A stretch of 62,972 nt of DNA, counting the filler, from Trichosphaerium sp. ATCC 40318 (Eukaryota > Protista > Tubulinea), in NCBI GenBank assembly GCA_038496445.1. It is 5 parts of 5 records of this genome, joined end to end, with 100 filler letters (N's around TTAATTAATTAA, not from the genome) between each part and the next. Parts side by side here need not be neighbours in the genome. Positions count along the whole stretch, not along the records: positions 36,658 to 58,989 come from JALMLS010000327.1; 4 more parts are not named here. One strand, written 5' to 3'. Shown here piece after piece: positions 38,545 to 50,589 of the stretch. Both the position numbers and the translations under genes were made by a program. Below the pieces are notes generated by a model, which was given only the letters and a program-made list of their open reading frames with translations, ran no database searches and was not told where the DNA came from. Position 1 is the first letter of the stretch, and the number at the start of each line of letters is the position of its first letter.

Positions 38545-39276
38545 CAGGGCTGAAACTAAACAAGGCTTTGCCTTAAATACAAAGGCATTTTTGTAAAATC
38601 AGGCATGGATGGCAAAAATCAGGCATTCAAAAATGGCAATGTCTGATTTTGCAAAGGCAATGCCTGTCCTAGTTTTTTTATGCATTGCCAGCCTTAAATT
38701 TACAGGCACCAATTAGGCATTGGTTGTGTACACATTGTACATTAAGGATAGATTGGTTTAAGGTAAGTCTCCACCACACCAACACTTCCTAAACTTTTTT
38801 TTTCATTTACTACTGACGTTTTATATAGACGACGTCACCACGCGCTTAGTATTTTATGGATTCTAACAAAACCACCTTCATTCGAACCGCAGCACCCAAA
38901 TCCACCCACAACAGTAGTACAAGTACTTTAAACCATTTTTCCAGTCTGCGAAAATTATACCAATAATTTGTTAATTTTTTTTTTTAGCTAAAGGTTTTTT
39001 TTCACATGGAGGACATTGCAGTTTTTTGTGTACTGTACTTTAATAAACGAATCACTATTGTATGCCTATATAAAGCCTTGTTTAATGAGTATATGGTGCC
39101 TGGGTTATGCCCAAAAATTGAGGGCAAAAATGCCTTATTGTTGCAATAAAAATGAGGCATTATTGGACCAACAATGCAGGCTATTTTAAGACTAATTAGT
39201 GAACCAGTTGCTTGCTATTTGACCCAAATATGAGGCTTCAAAGCCCAACATTACAAGGCAATGCCTCATATTTGCC
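38545..39276. mobile_element. TIR element B, one end deleted; mirror ~45688-46419
   Basis: Starts CAGGGCTGAAACTAAA and matches the full copy at 48705-49546 but lacks one terminus. Confidence 0.8.
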
Positions 39277-40468
39277 AAACACAGTAGCATGGATGTGAAA
39301 AGGACCACGGGATCCTTACATTGACTTTGTGGTGAAAAAGATGTGGTTGTTGCTTTTAAGCACAAACATGACTTTGTTGCTGCTGGTGTGGATTCCATCA
39401 GCAGAAAACGAAGTGGATTGGCCAAGCAGGATTGTGGATCTTGAAGATTGGACAATAACAGACGAATTCTTCAATTTAGTGGAGGACGTTTTCACTCCAC
39501 ACATGATTGCTTGCTTTGCTTTGTTGATAAACAATTGACTAGATAGGTTCAACAGTTGTTGGGACCAACCTTGGGCAGAAGCAGTAAATGCAATGGCTCA
39601 AGATTGGATCAGAGAGAACAACTACACCTGTCCACCAGTAAGGTTATTGCAGGACATACTAAATCTGTTAGAAAAACAAAAAGCGACAGCTATGTTGATA
39701 GTTTCAAGATGGCCAGCACAGCTGTGGTGGCCAACTCTTTTACGTTTGACGATGGCAATGCTAAAGCTAGGCACAGGGATGGACGTATTCATCCAAGGGC
39801 CCAGTGGTTCTGTAGAACCCTTCAAGAATGTGCATTGGGTGTTTTTGGCGGTGCAGATAAATTAACAGATAATGCTATGAAGGATCTGTCACAAGCACTC
39901 TCTTTTCTGGTGATGGACATAGTGAGAACATGCATAAAAACTATGAAAAGAGAGTGGCGTTCTATTTTCTTCCAGCAAAACCTGAAACTGTAGCATTATA
40001 TATTTCGTCACATTTTTGTTTAGGTGCTACATTGGTGTCAAGAGTGGCATCGGCAGCGATCTCTTTAGTCCACAAGTCCGCTGAGTTTACACCGCTGTCA
40101 TGTACAGGTTGCTTTAATCTCCTTAAGTTAACAAAGGCTGGAATTGAGAAGGCTCAACTGAGAAGAAAGAAGATAGACCTGTTTGATCTAAAAGATTTGG
40201 TTTATTGGTGCAATAACGCGAAAGAGAAGTTTTCCGAGTTCGTGTACCACAAAAACGTGTGTATCATTGCGCTGTACATTTGTACAATGCAAAGACCAGA
40301 AATCACAAAAGTTAAGTTTTAAACCATGAACACGTGGTGGTTGAAAAAGACGGATCGGTTTCTGTCTTGATCGTTTGCACAAAAACTACACAGTTTGGAG
40401 CGGCGCATGAGATTCCTATAGAACCTATTAGGGACGCTGATACTAAAATTTGTCCTGTTAAATTGATT

Positions 40469-41040
40469 TAGAGATGGCAGAAATACCGGTCCGAACCGGT
40501 TCCGGACCGAAACGCAAAAGACCAGTCCGTAAACGGTCCAAACGGTCCGCTGTCAAAGGGAGTACCCTTGGAAAATCGGAAAAATAGCCGAAAAAGGAAT
40601 TTTTGTCAAAGGGTACTCCCTTGGATTTTTATTGGTCCAAACGGTCCCTGTCACAAAATCTCAGAACCCTCCATCTATTGACCTACTCACTGTGTGCATG
40701 CACATAAGGTGGCTGTACACTTTTTGTGGCAGGTTTGAATATCACACTTTTTTTTTTTTCATACCTAAAATAGTTTAGATACTATTATTTCGCGTAAGCA
40801 ATGCACTTGATAAGTTGCTTTACACGCACAAAGTGATAAAAAGATGTTTGGGTGAAAGTGTATGAAAGTATGTAACATCACATGATTTTGTCCAAATGTC
40901 AAAATAACGTCACCACAGGCACATTTTGACTCAAAAAAAGTAGCGGTTAGGCCAGTGTGACCTTGTTTTACCACGCTAAACTTAATTTTGTTAAAACGGG
41001 CTGATTGAGGGCTTTCAACCACTCTATGTGTAGAACTCTC
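40469..41040. mobile_element. Insertion interrupting the YR frame; mirror 43924-44495
   Basis: YR frame CPVKLI resumes as LNYLNITK after ~570 bp. Starts TAGAGATGG; has internal repeats AAACGGTCC x3 and TGTCAAAGGG..CCCTTGGA x2. Confidence 0.6.
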
Positions 41041-41409
41041 AATTTTAAATTATTTGAATATTACTAAACATCTTAAGGATGATGGACCGTTGTTTGTCAA
41101 AGTAAACAAGCGTGACGAGCAATTGGGACCCAGTGGCATCTCAGCAGTGTTTAGACAAGTGGTTAAGTTCGCTGGTAGTACCAAAAGAATCAGTGGGAGG
41201 TTGGCGAGAATAGCAGGAGCATCTTTGGCTGCGTATGCAGATATTCTGTGTGTGGTTTACATGGACATTGCACATTGGTCACTAAATGGAACCAGTGACA
41301 GGCATTACCTACGAAGAGGTCAGGCTGAGAAGCTACAAATATCCAAGCGTATGTTCTCTATATAAATAAAAGTTGTGATAGAGAGGCTCTCTACTCAAAA
41401 CACATAGTG

Positions 41410-41496
41410 GTTTGACTTATGTTTTAAAATTACTCTCGTTTATCATATTTTAATACAATTATACGAGTAATTTCCTAAAACTTAACAAGTCAAACA
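41410..41496. repeat. Imperfect hairpin after the YR stop, candidate DIRS internal complementary region
   Basis: GTTTGACTT..AAATTACTC pairs with GAGTAATTT..AAGTCAAAC; position matches the ICR of DIRS1-type elements. Confidence 0.45.
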
Positions 41497-42254
41497 GACT
41501 TAAGTGTTATTCTCTTTTACAACTTCGAATAACACAACTCTTCTATACACTTGGCTCTTGATGTCGGCTTCTGAACTCCCACCCTCCCACCACGTGATCT
41601 CTATATTTTTAATCACAGCATATGAGCTGTTGTGTCAATGTAAACGTCAGCGTGGGAATGCCGCAACAACTGGCTAGTTGTTTATGACGTCACTAGGACG
41701 GGTGCTTCCTGATATGACGAGAGAGGTTTTAGTGCTTGAAAATTGTGCACAGACATGGTATGTTGTTCGCCTTAATTCAGCGAACAAATATTGTGGAACT
41801 GTAAGATCGGATAGGCGTTAAGGTTTTATTCGAAGAGTGTATATCTTGTACAAAGTGAATTACACATTCTCTGTATACAACTTGGAAGTACATTAAGTGT
41901 GATTTGTTTAACGTTCAATGAATACAAAGTTTGTATTCTCCAACATTGTAGCCAAGTAAAAAGCTCGGTTGTTTTTTGTGATCTATATGATTCCGTTAGC
42001 AGCACTTACATAAATTATGTTCAAAACTACTGGCTAAAACTATTTAAGGTCAAATATTATCAAATAACAGCATCAATCTAAAGTTGTTACACCATCAGTC
42101 TCATCTGAAAGCAAAAACTTCTTATAACCTCTTATAACCATTTATTCTACTGTTGCTAAGTAACTTTCCAATCTCAAAAAGTAAGCAACTAAGTGAGGAC
42201 TTTAACTTTACCAACTCTCCCTTAGCAAATTACCCAAATTCAATATACATTATT

Positions 42255-42581
42255 GTTAAATTTACAGAAAACCCTAACCAACCAATTAAAGCTGGATATC
42301 AAAGTCAACAGCAAGGACACAAGATTAGATAAAGCAGATTTGTAGCTCAAGGTGTATTACAATTGATGTACTTTGTTGACTAAGTTGTGATTTTAGATGT
42401 ACAGACTGTTGCTCGTTATATCATTGCAGTTAAACGAAAACCAAACCAACAACCAACCACACAGTTAGAACAGCAACTGCTGAAAGAAAATGAAGAACTT
42501 AAACAAGCCAATCTAAAATTAGATAAAAATAACAAAGCTTTGCAACATCAAATTAATAAGCGTAAAAAGAAGAGCAAATAA
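42255..42581 (+). pseudogene. 3' fragment of a paralog of the ankyrin-PARP gene (PARP end plus a different coiled-coil tail)
   Basis: Nucleotide match to ~53950-54200 (reverse complement) including the same intron and DVQTVARYIIAVKRK. Multiple micro-deletions in 42255-42360. Confidence 0.8.
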
Positions 42582-43363
42582 TAACTTAAACATGTTCTAG
42601 CTGAGATTGACAGTAACAATAAAACTACAAAGTAATAAACTCCAACAATGTCCTCTATGCCATGACTAAGAAGAATACAGTCAATCAAAGAATAGAATGG
42701 AAACCATTTGGTAATGTATATTGAATTTGGGTAATTTGCTAAGGGAGAGTTGGTAAAGTTAAAGTCCTCACTTAGTTGCTTACTTTTTGAGATTGGAAAG
42801 TTACTTAGCAACAGTAGAATAAATGGTTATAAGAGGTTATAAGAAGTTTTTGCTTTCAGATGAGACTGATGGTGTAACAACTTTAGATTGATGCTGTTAT
42901 TTGATAATATTTGACCTTAAATAGTTTTAGCCAGTAGTTTTGAACATAATTTATGTAAGTGCTGCTAACGGAATCATATAGATCACAAAAAACAACCGAG
43001 CTTTTTACTTGGCTACAATGTTGGAGAATACAAACTTTGTATTCATTGAACGTTAAACAAATCACACTTAATGTACTTCCAAGTTGTATACAGAGAATGT
43101 GTAATTCACTTTGTACAAGATATACACTCTTCGAATAAAACCTTAACGCCTATCCGATCTTACAGTTCCACAATATTTGTTCGCTGAATTAAGGCGAACA
43201 ACATACCATGTCTGTGCACAATTTTCAAGCACTAAAACCTCTCTCGTCATATCAGGAAGCACCCGTCCTAGTGACGTCATAAACAACTAGCCAGTTGTTG
43301 CGGCATTCCCACGCTGACGTTTACATTGACACAACAGCTCATATGCTGTGATTAAAAATATAG

Positions 43364-46300
43364 AGATCACGTGGTGGGAGGGTGGGAGTTCAGAAGCCGA
43401 CATCAAGAGCCAAGTGTATAGAAGAGTTGTGTTATTCGAAGTTGTAAAAGAGAATAACACTTAAGTCTGTTTGACTTGTTAAGTTTTAGGAAATTACTCG
43501 TATAATTGTATTAAAATATGATAAACGAGAGTAATTTTAAAACATAAGTCAAACCACTATGTGTTTTGAGTAGAGAGCCTCTCTATCACAACTTTTATTT
43601 ATATAGAGAACATACGCTTGGATATTTGTAGCTTCTCAGCCTGACCTCTTCGTAGGTAATGCCTGTCACTGGTTCCATTTAGTGACCAATGTGCAATGTC
43701 CATGTAAACCACACACAGAATATCTGCATACGCAGCCAAAGATGCTCCTGCTATTCTCGCCAACCTCCCACTGATTCTTTTGGTACTACCAGCGAACTTA
43801 ACCACTTGTCTAAACACTGCTGAGATGCCACTGGGTCCCAATTGCTCGTCACGCTTGTTTACTTTGACAAACAACGGTCCATCATCCTTAAGATGTTTAG
43901 TAATATTCAAATAATTTAAAATTGAGAGTTCTACACATAGAGTGGTTGAAAGCCCTCAATCAGCCCGTTTTAACAAAATTAAGTTTAGCGTGGTAAAACA
44001 AGGTCACACTGGCCTAACCGCTACTTTTTTTGAGTCAAAATGTGCCTGTGGTGACGTTATTTTGACATTTGGACAAAATCATGTGATGTTACATACTTTC
44101 ATACACTTTCACCCAAACATCTTTTTATCACTTTGTGCGTGTAAAGCAACTTATCAAGTGCATTGCTTACGCGAAATAATAGTATCTAAACTATTTTAGG
44201 TATGAAAAAAAAAAAAGTGTGATATTCAAACCTGCCACAAAAAGTGTACAGCCACCTTATGTGCATGCACACAGTGAGTAGGTCAATAGATGGAGGGTTC
44301 TGAGATTTTGTGACAGGGACCGTTTGGACCAATAAAAATCCAAGGGAGTACCCTTTGACAAAAATTCCTTTTTCGGCTATTTTTCCGATTTTCCAAGGGT
44401 ACTCCCTTTGACAGCGGACCGTTTGGACCGTTTACGGACTGGTCTTTTGCGTTTCGGTCCGGAACCGGTTCGGACCGGTATTTCTGCCATCTCTAAATCA
44501 ATTTAACAGGACAAATTTTAGTATCAGCGTCCCTAATAGGTTCTATAGGAATCTCATGCGCCGCTCCAAACTGTGTAGTTTTTGTGCAAACGATCAAGAC
44601 AGAAACCGATCCGTCTTTTTCAACCACCACGTGTTCATGGTTTAAAACTTAACTTTTGTGATTTCTGGTCTTTGCATTGTACAAATGTACAGCGCAATGA
44701 TACACACGTTTTTGTGGTACACGAACTCGGAAAACTTCTCTTTCGCGTTATTGCACCAATAAACCAAATCTTTTAGATCAAACAGGTCTATCTTCTTTCT
44801 TCTCAGTTGAGCCTTCTCAATTCCAGCCTTTGTTAACTTAAGGAGATTAAAGCAACCTGTACATGACAGCGGTGTAAACTCAGCGGACTTGTGGACTAAA
44901 GAGATCGCTGCCGATGCCACTCTTGACACCAATGTAGCACCTAAACAAAAATGTGACGAAATATATAATGCTACAGTTTCAGGTTTTGCTGGAAGAAAAT
45001 AGAACGCCACTCTCTTTTCATAGTTTTTATGCATGTTCTCACTATGTCCATCACCAGAAAAGAGAGTGCTTGTGACAGATCCTTCATAGCATTATCTGTT
45101 AATTTATCTGCACCGCCAAAAACACCCAATGCACATTCTTGAAGGGTTCTACAGAACCACTGGGCCCTTGGATGAATACGTCCATCCCTGTGCCTAGCTT
45201 TAGCATTGCCATCGTCAAACGTAAAAGAGTTGGCCACCACAGCTGTGCTGGCCATCTTGAAACTATCAACATAGCTGTCGCTTTTTGTTTTTCTAACAGA
45301 TTTAGTATGTCCTGCAATAACCTTACTGGTGGACAGGTGTAGTTGTTCTCTCTGATCCAATCTTGAGCCATTGCATTTACTGCTTCTGCCCAAGGTTGGT
45401 CCCAACAACTGTTGAACCTATCTAGTCAATTGTTTATCAACAAAGCAAAGCAAGCAATCATGTGTGGAGTGAAAACGTCCTCCACTAAATTGAAGAATTC
45501 GTCTGTTATTGTCCAATCTTCAAGATCCACAATCCTGCTTGGCCAATCCACTTCGTTTTCTGCTGATGGAATCCACACCAGCAGCAACAAAGTCATGTTT
45601 GTGCTTAAAAGCAACAACCACATCTTTTTCACCACAAAGTCAATGTAAGGATCCCGTGGTCCTTTTCACATCCATGCTACTGTGTTTGGCAAATATGAGG
45701 CATTGCCTTGTAATGTTGGGCTTTGAAGCCTCATATTTGGGTCAAATAGCAAGCAACTGGTTCACTAATTAGTCTTAAAATAGCCTGCATTGTTGGTCCA
45801 ATAATGCCTCATTTTTATTGCAACAATAAGGCATTTTTGCCCTCAATTTTTGGGCATAACCCAGGCACCATATACTCATTAAACAAGGCTTTATATAGGC
45901 ATACAATAGTGATTCGTTTATTAAAGTACAGTACACAAAAAACTGCAATGTCCTCCATGTGAAAAAAAACCTTTAGCTAAAAAAAAAAATTAACAAATTA
46001 TTGGTATAATTTTCGCAGACTGGAAAAATGGTTTAAAGTACTTGTACTACTGTTGTGGGTGGATTTGGGTGCTGCGGTTCGAATGAAGGTGGTTTTGTTA
46101 GAATCCATAAAATACTAAGCGCGTGGTGACGTCGTCTATATAAAACGTCAGTAGTAAATGAAAAAAAAAGTTTAGGAAGTGTTGGTGTGGTGGAGACTTA
46201 CCTTAAACCAATCTATCCTTAATGTACAATGTGTACACAACCAATGCCTAATTGGTGCCTGTAAATTTAAGGCTGGCAATGCATAAAAAAACTAGGACAG

Positions 46301-47160
46301 GCATTGCCTTTGCAAAATCAGACATTGCCATTTTTGAATGCCTGATTTTTGCCATCCATGCCTGATTTTACAAAAATGCCTTTGTATTTAAGGCAAAGCC
46401 TTGTTTAGTTTCAGCCCTGGCCCAGGCTACTTCAGATGCATTGGTTTGGATCTGTAGAATTGTCTTTACTCACCATACTGCCTTGCCATTCCATTGAAGA
46501 AGGGCTTTTCATATCCATATGGCATCATTTAATAGTTGCAGATCTGGGATCACCAAAACCTTCCAGGGTAAGTTATAAATTTCTACTTGAGCAATTGTTT
46601 TATAAAAACTTCTAGTAAAAACTTGTGCAGGGGAAAATGTGTCTTTGATAGCAATAATCTTGCCAATGCAAGTTGCAAGATCTTTAACATGCACCAAATT
46701 TCGTATATGAATAGAACAAATAATGTTTTTTAATAGGGCTCACATCTTGAATATTTTCAACTCAGATATGCATAGTTCTGCTCTGTCAGTGTCTATGATT
46801 AATTCAAGGAATTCAATTCTTTTGGTCAGTTGTAAATGCCCTTATCTACCTATTATCCAATCGTCAAACCATATAACAATAATTACTTCTAACACACACA
46901 AATGCACAGCCATAACTCTGTTGATCTTTGTGAAGAGCCATGGTGCCAATTTAAAACCAAAGGGAAGTTGTGTGAATCAATAAAATAAACTGTTCCACTC
47001 GATGCCCATCCATTCTTGAAACTCCTTGTGCATTTGTATGTGATGGTAACTGGCCTTGTAGTTGCACATAACCACCAATTGTGCCCAATCTGTTTGATAA
47101 TAACTGATATACCTTTGAACTTAGTGTAAGTGTCCAGTATACTGTTATTCAATTCTCACA
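43364..47160 (-). mobile_element. Decayed DIRS1-type element copy 1, right palindrome arm
   Basis: Mirror of 37804-41600. Confidence 0.85.
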
Positions 47161-48197
47161 CAGGGCTGAAACTCAACAAGGCATTTTTGGACAATGCATA
47201 GGCATTTTCATCAAAAAATGCCTTATTTTTTACAAAAATGCCTAGTTTTTGCCTCATTCAAAAAGGCAAATACAGGGCAATGCCTTATTTTTTGCTACAA
47301 AAATGCCTTATATTTGATGAAAAATGCTTGCATCTGGTACACAAGATTGCAATGGTTTTGCTTGCATATTTTAAGGAATTATGCCTTCAAATTAGGGCAT
47401 AACTCATGCATCAATGCCTTATTTTGAAGGCAAAAAGAAGGCATTATCATAGTCTACAGTGCCTAATAAACCAGGGCATTTTCAGGTAATAACACAAATA
47501 TTTATTTTATAATACAGTACACATACAATACACAAAACTCCTAAGTCCACATTTGAAAAAACCTTAAAGAAAATATGAGATGGTGTAGAAAAAAAAAAAA
47601 AAAAAACTTACCTTGTAGTGTTAGAATTCCGCGGTCCCGGAAATATCGCGGAGTTCACTCCTACTACTGTTGTAGGTGAAATAGGGTGCTGCGGTTCGTT
47701 TGGCGGTGGTTTCGTCTAATTTCATGAATTACTAAGAGCGCTAGATGCCTGTCTATATAAAACGTCAGTAGGTGATGTGAAAAAAAAAGTGTAAAAGTTG
47801 TTTGACTGTTACTTACCTTAAACCACTTCCTTAATGTGATCAGTCCTATGATATAGTATAGGCAATGCCTTATATATGAATTAAAATACAAGGCATATAT
47901 TGCTTAAAAAAATAAGGCATAATAAAGGCATAAAGTACTTGCAATACAGGGCATTACTTGATTTTATGCAATGCCAAAAAATGCAATACAAGGCATTACC
48001 TGATTTTATGCAATACCAAAAGATGCCCAAAAATGCCTGGTATTAATGCCTTTTTGATGAAGGCATTGCCTTTTTGTAAAAATGCCTTATTTTATTGGGC
48101 ATTACCAAATGCAAATGCCTTGATTTTGCCATCTGATGCCAAATGTTAGGAATATGCATCATTCTTTAAGGCAATGCCTAGCTGAGTTTCAGCCCTG
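47161..48197. mobile_element. TIR element A at the junction of two tandem DIRS segments
   Basis: TIRs CAGGGCTGAAACTCA. Left flank is RT sequence and right flank is MT sequence of a second copy; no TSD. Confidence 0.85.
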
Positions 48198-50575
48198 TAG
48201 TTGTTCTCTCTGATCCAATCTTGAGCCATTGCATTTACTGCTTCTGCCCAAGGTTGGTCCCAACAACTGTTGAACCTATTTAGTCGATTGTTTATCAACA
48301 AAGCAAAGCAGGCAATCATGTGTGGAGTGAAAACGTCCTCCACTAAATTGAAGAATTCGTCTGTTATCGTCCAATCTTCAAGATCCACAATCCTGCTTGG
48401 CCAATCCACTTCGTTTTCTGCTGATGGAATCCACACCAGCAGCAACAGAGTCATGTTTGTGCTTAAAAGCAACAACCACATCTTTTTCACCACAAAGTCA
48501 ATGTAAGGATCCCGTGGTCCTTTTCACATCCATGCTACCATGTTTGTGTTGTCATTGAACAACTCCAACGTATGATTTGGTAAAAGGTCTGAAAAGCTGT
48601 GTAACATCTTCATTACTGCAAGTAACTCCAATGTTGCAATTGTCTCGCCTAAGAAAGGACACTTCCAGTTTCCTCTTGCCTTTCAGTTGTTGCAAGTTGC
48701 ACCTCAGGGCTGAAACTAAATAAGGCTTTTTTTACAAAAGCCATTTTTTTGCCACCAAATACAGCCTTATTTTTCACCAAATTGCCTTGTTTTTGCCAAA
48801 AAAAATAAGCAAATATGAAGCATTGCCTTGTAATGTTGGGCTTTGAAGCCTCATATTTGGGTCAAATAGCAAGCAACTGGTTCACTAATTAGCCTTAAAA
48901 TAGCCTGCATTGTTGGTCCAATAATGCCTCATTTTTAGTGCAACAATAAGGCATTTTTGCCCTCAAATTTTGAGCATAACCCAGGCACCATATACTCATT
49001 AAACAAGGCTTTATATAGGCATACAATAGTGATTCATTTATTAAAGTACAGTACACAAAACACAAAAAACTGCAATGTCCTCCATGTGAAAAAAAACCTT
49101 TAGCTAAAAAAAAAAATTAACAAATTATTGGTATAATTTTCGCAGACTGGAAAAATGGTTTAAAGTACCTGTACTACTGTTGTGGGTGGATTTGGGTGCT
49201 GCGGTTCGAATGAAGGTGGTTTCGTTAGAATCCATAAAATACTAAGCGCGTGGTGACGTCGTCTATATAAAACGTCAGTAGTAAATGAAAAAAAATGTTT
49301 AGGAAGTGTTGGTGTGGTGGAGACTTACCTTAAACCAATCTATCCTTAATGTACAATGTGTACACAACCAATGCCTAATTGATGCCTGTAAATTTAAGGC
49401 TGGCAATGCATAAAAAAACTAGGACAGGCATTGCCTTTGCAAAATCAGACATTGCCATTTTTGAATGCCTGATTTTTGCCATCAATGCCTGATTTTACAA
49501 AAATGCCTTTGTATTTAAGGCAAAGCCTTGTTTAGTTTCAACCCTGGCCCAGACTACTTCAAATGCATTGGTTTGGATCTGTAGAACTGTCTCTACTCAC
49601 CATACTGCCTTGCCATTCCATTGAAGAAAGGCTTTTCATATCCATATGGCATCATTTAATAGTTGCAGATCTGGGATCACCAAAACCTTCCAGGGTAAGT
49701 TATAAATTTCTACTTGAGCAATTGTTTTATAAAACTTCTAGTAAAAACTTGTGCAGGGGAAAATGTGTCTTTGATAGCAATAATCTTGCCAATGCAAGTT
49801 GCAAGATCTTTAACATGCACCAAATTTCGTCTATGAATAGAACAAATAATGTTTTTTAATAGGGCTCACATCTCGAATATTTTCAACTCAGATATGCATA
49901 GTTCTGCTCTGTCAGTGTCTATGATTAATCCAAGGAATTCAATTCTTTTGGTCAGTTGTAGATGCCCTTATCTACCTATTATCCAATCGTCAAACCATAT
50001 AACAATAATTACTTCTAACACACACAAATGCACAGCCATAACTCTGTTGATCTTTGTGAAGAGCCATGGTGCCAATTTAAAACCAAAGGGAAGTCGTGTG
50101 AATCAATAAAATAAACTGTTCCACTCGATGCCCATCCATTCTTGAAACTTCTTGTGCATTTGTATGTGATGGTAACTGGCCTTGTAGTTGCCAGAACATA
50201 ACCACCAATCATGCCCAATCTGTTTGATAATAACTGATATACCTTTGAACTTAGTGTAAGTGTCCAGTATACTGTTATTCAATCCTCACATGTCAACTAC
50301 AAGTCTATACAGTTTAGGTCCTTTTTTGGGAACACAATGCATCGGAGAAACATGCTGCACGTGTCCAGGAACAAGGACGCATGTTTTAATCAAGCACGAA
50401 ATTTCTTTATCCATCCAGTTTTTCTCAGTGTGATTCTTTACACAATTGCTGTTTTTGTGGGCACATGTCACGAATTTCATCCAAAAATTCTTGATAAATG
50501 GTTGTTAATTTTAGTTTTGCATTTCTTCGTTGTTTACTGCATACAGCTGACTTCTCAGAAGCTTAAATAGTATTA
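48198..50575 (-). mobile_element. Second, diverged DIRS segment (RT N-terminus to MT domain)
   Basis: HVSPMHCVPKKGPKLYRLVVDM (RT) and LELLAV..NDNT (RNase H). Direct repeat of ~45340-47160 with scattered substitutions. Confidence 0.85.
48705..49546. mobile_element. Full-length TIR element B inserted in RNase H
   Basis: CAGGGCTGAAACTAAA ... TTTAGTTTCAACCCTG, with subterminal AGGCA/TGCC repeats. Confidence 0.85.
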
Positions 50576-50589
50576 AATTGAATTACTGG

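Larger units (their letters stand above)
37804..41600 (+). mobile_element. Decayed DIRS1-type retrotransposon (RT, RNase H, methyltransferase, YR), left palindrome arm
   Basis: LPFGFKLAP (RT); WIPSAEN..DWPSR..DW (RNase H end); NAMAQDW..NYTCPP..WPAQLWWP (DIRS MT domain); ICPVK..ISGRLARIAGAS..HW..HYLR (YR). Many stops. Confidence 0.85.
36658..48306. repeat. Giant inverted repeat with arms ~36658-42252 and ~42712-48306 and a ~460-bp spacer
   Basis: Mirror ORFs have coordinate sum 84964 (e.g. 41054..41365+ and 43599..43910-); arms are essentially identical. Confidence 0.97.
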
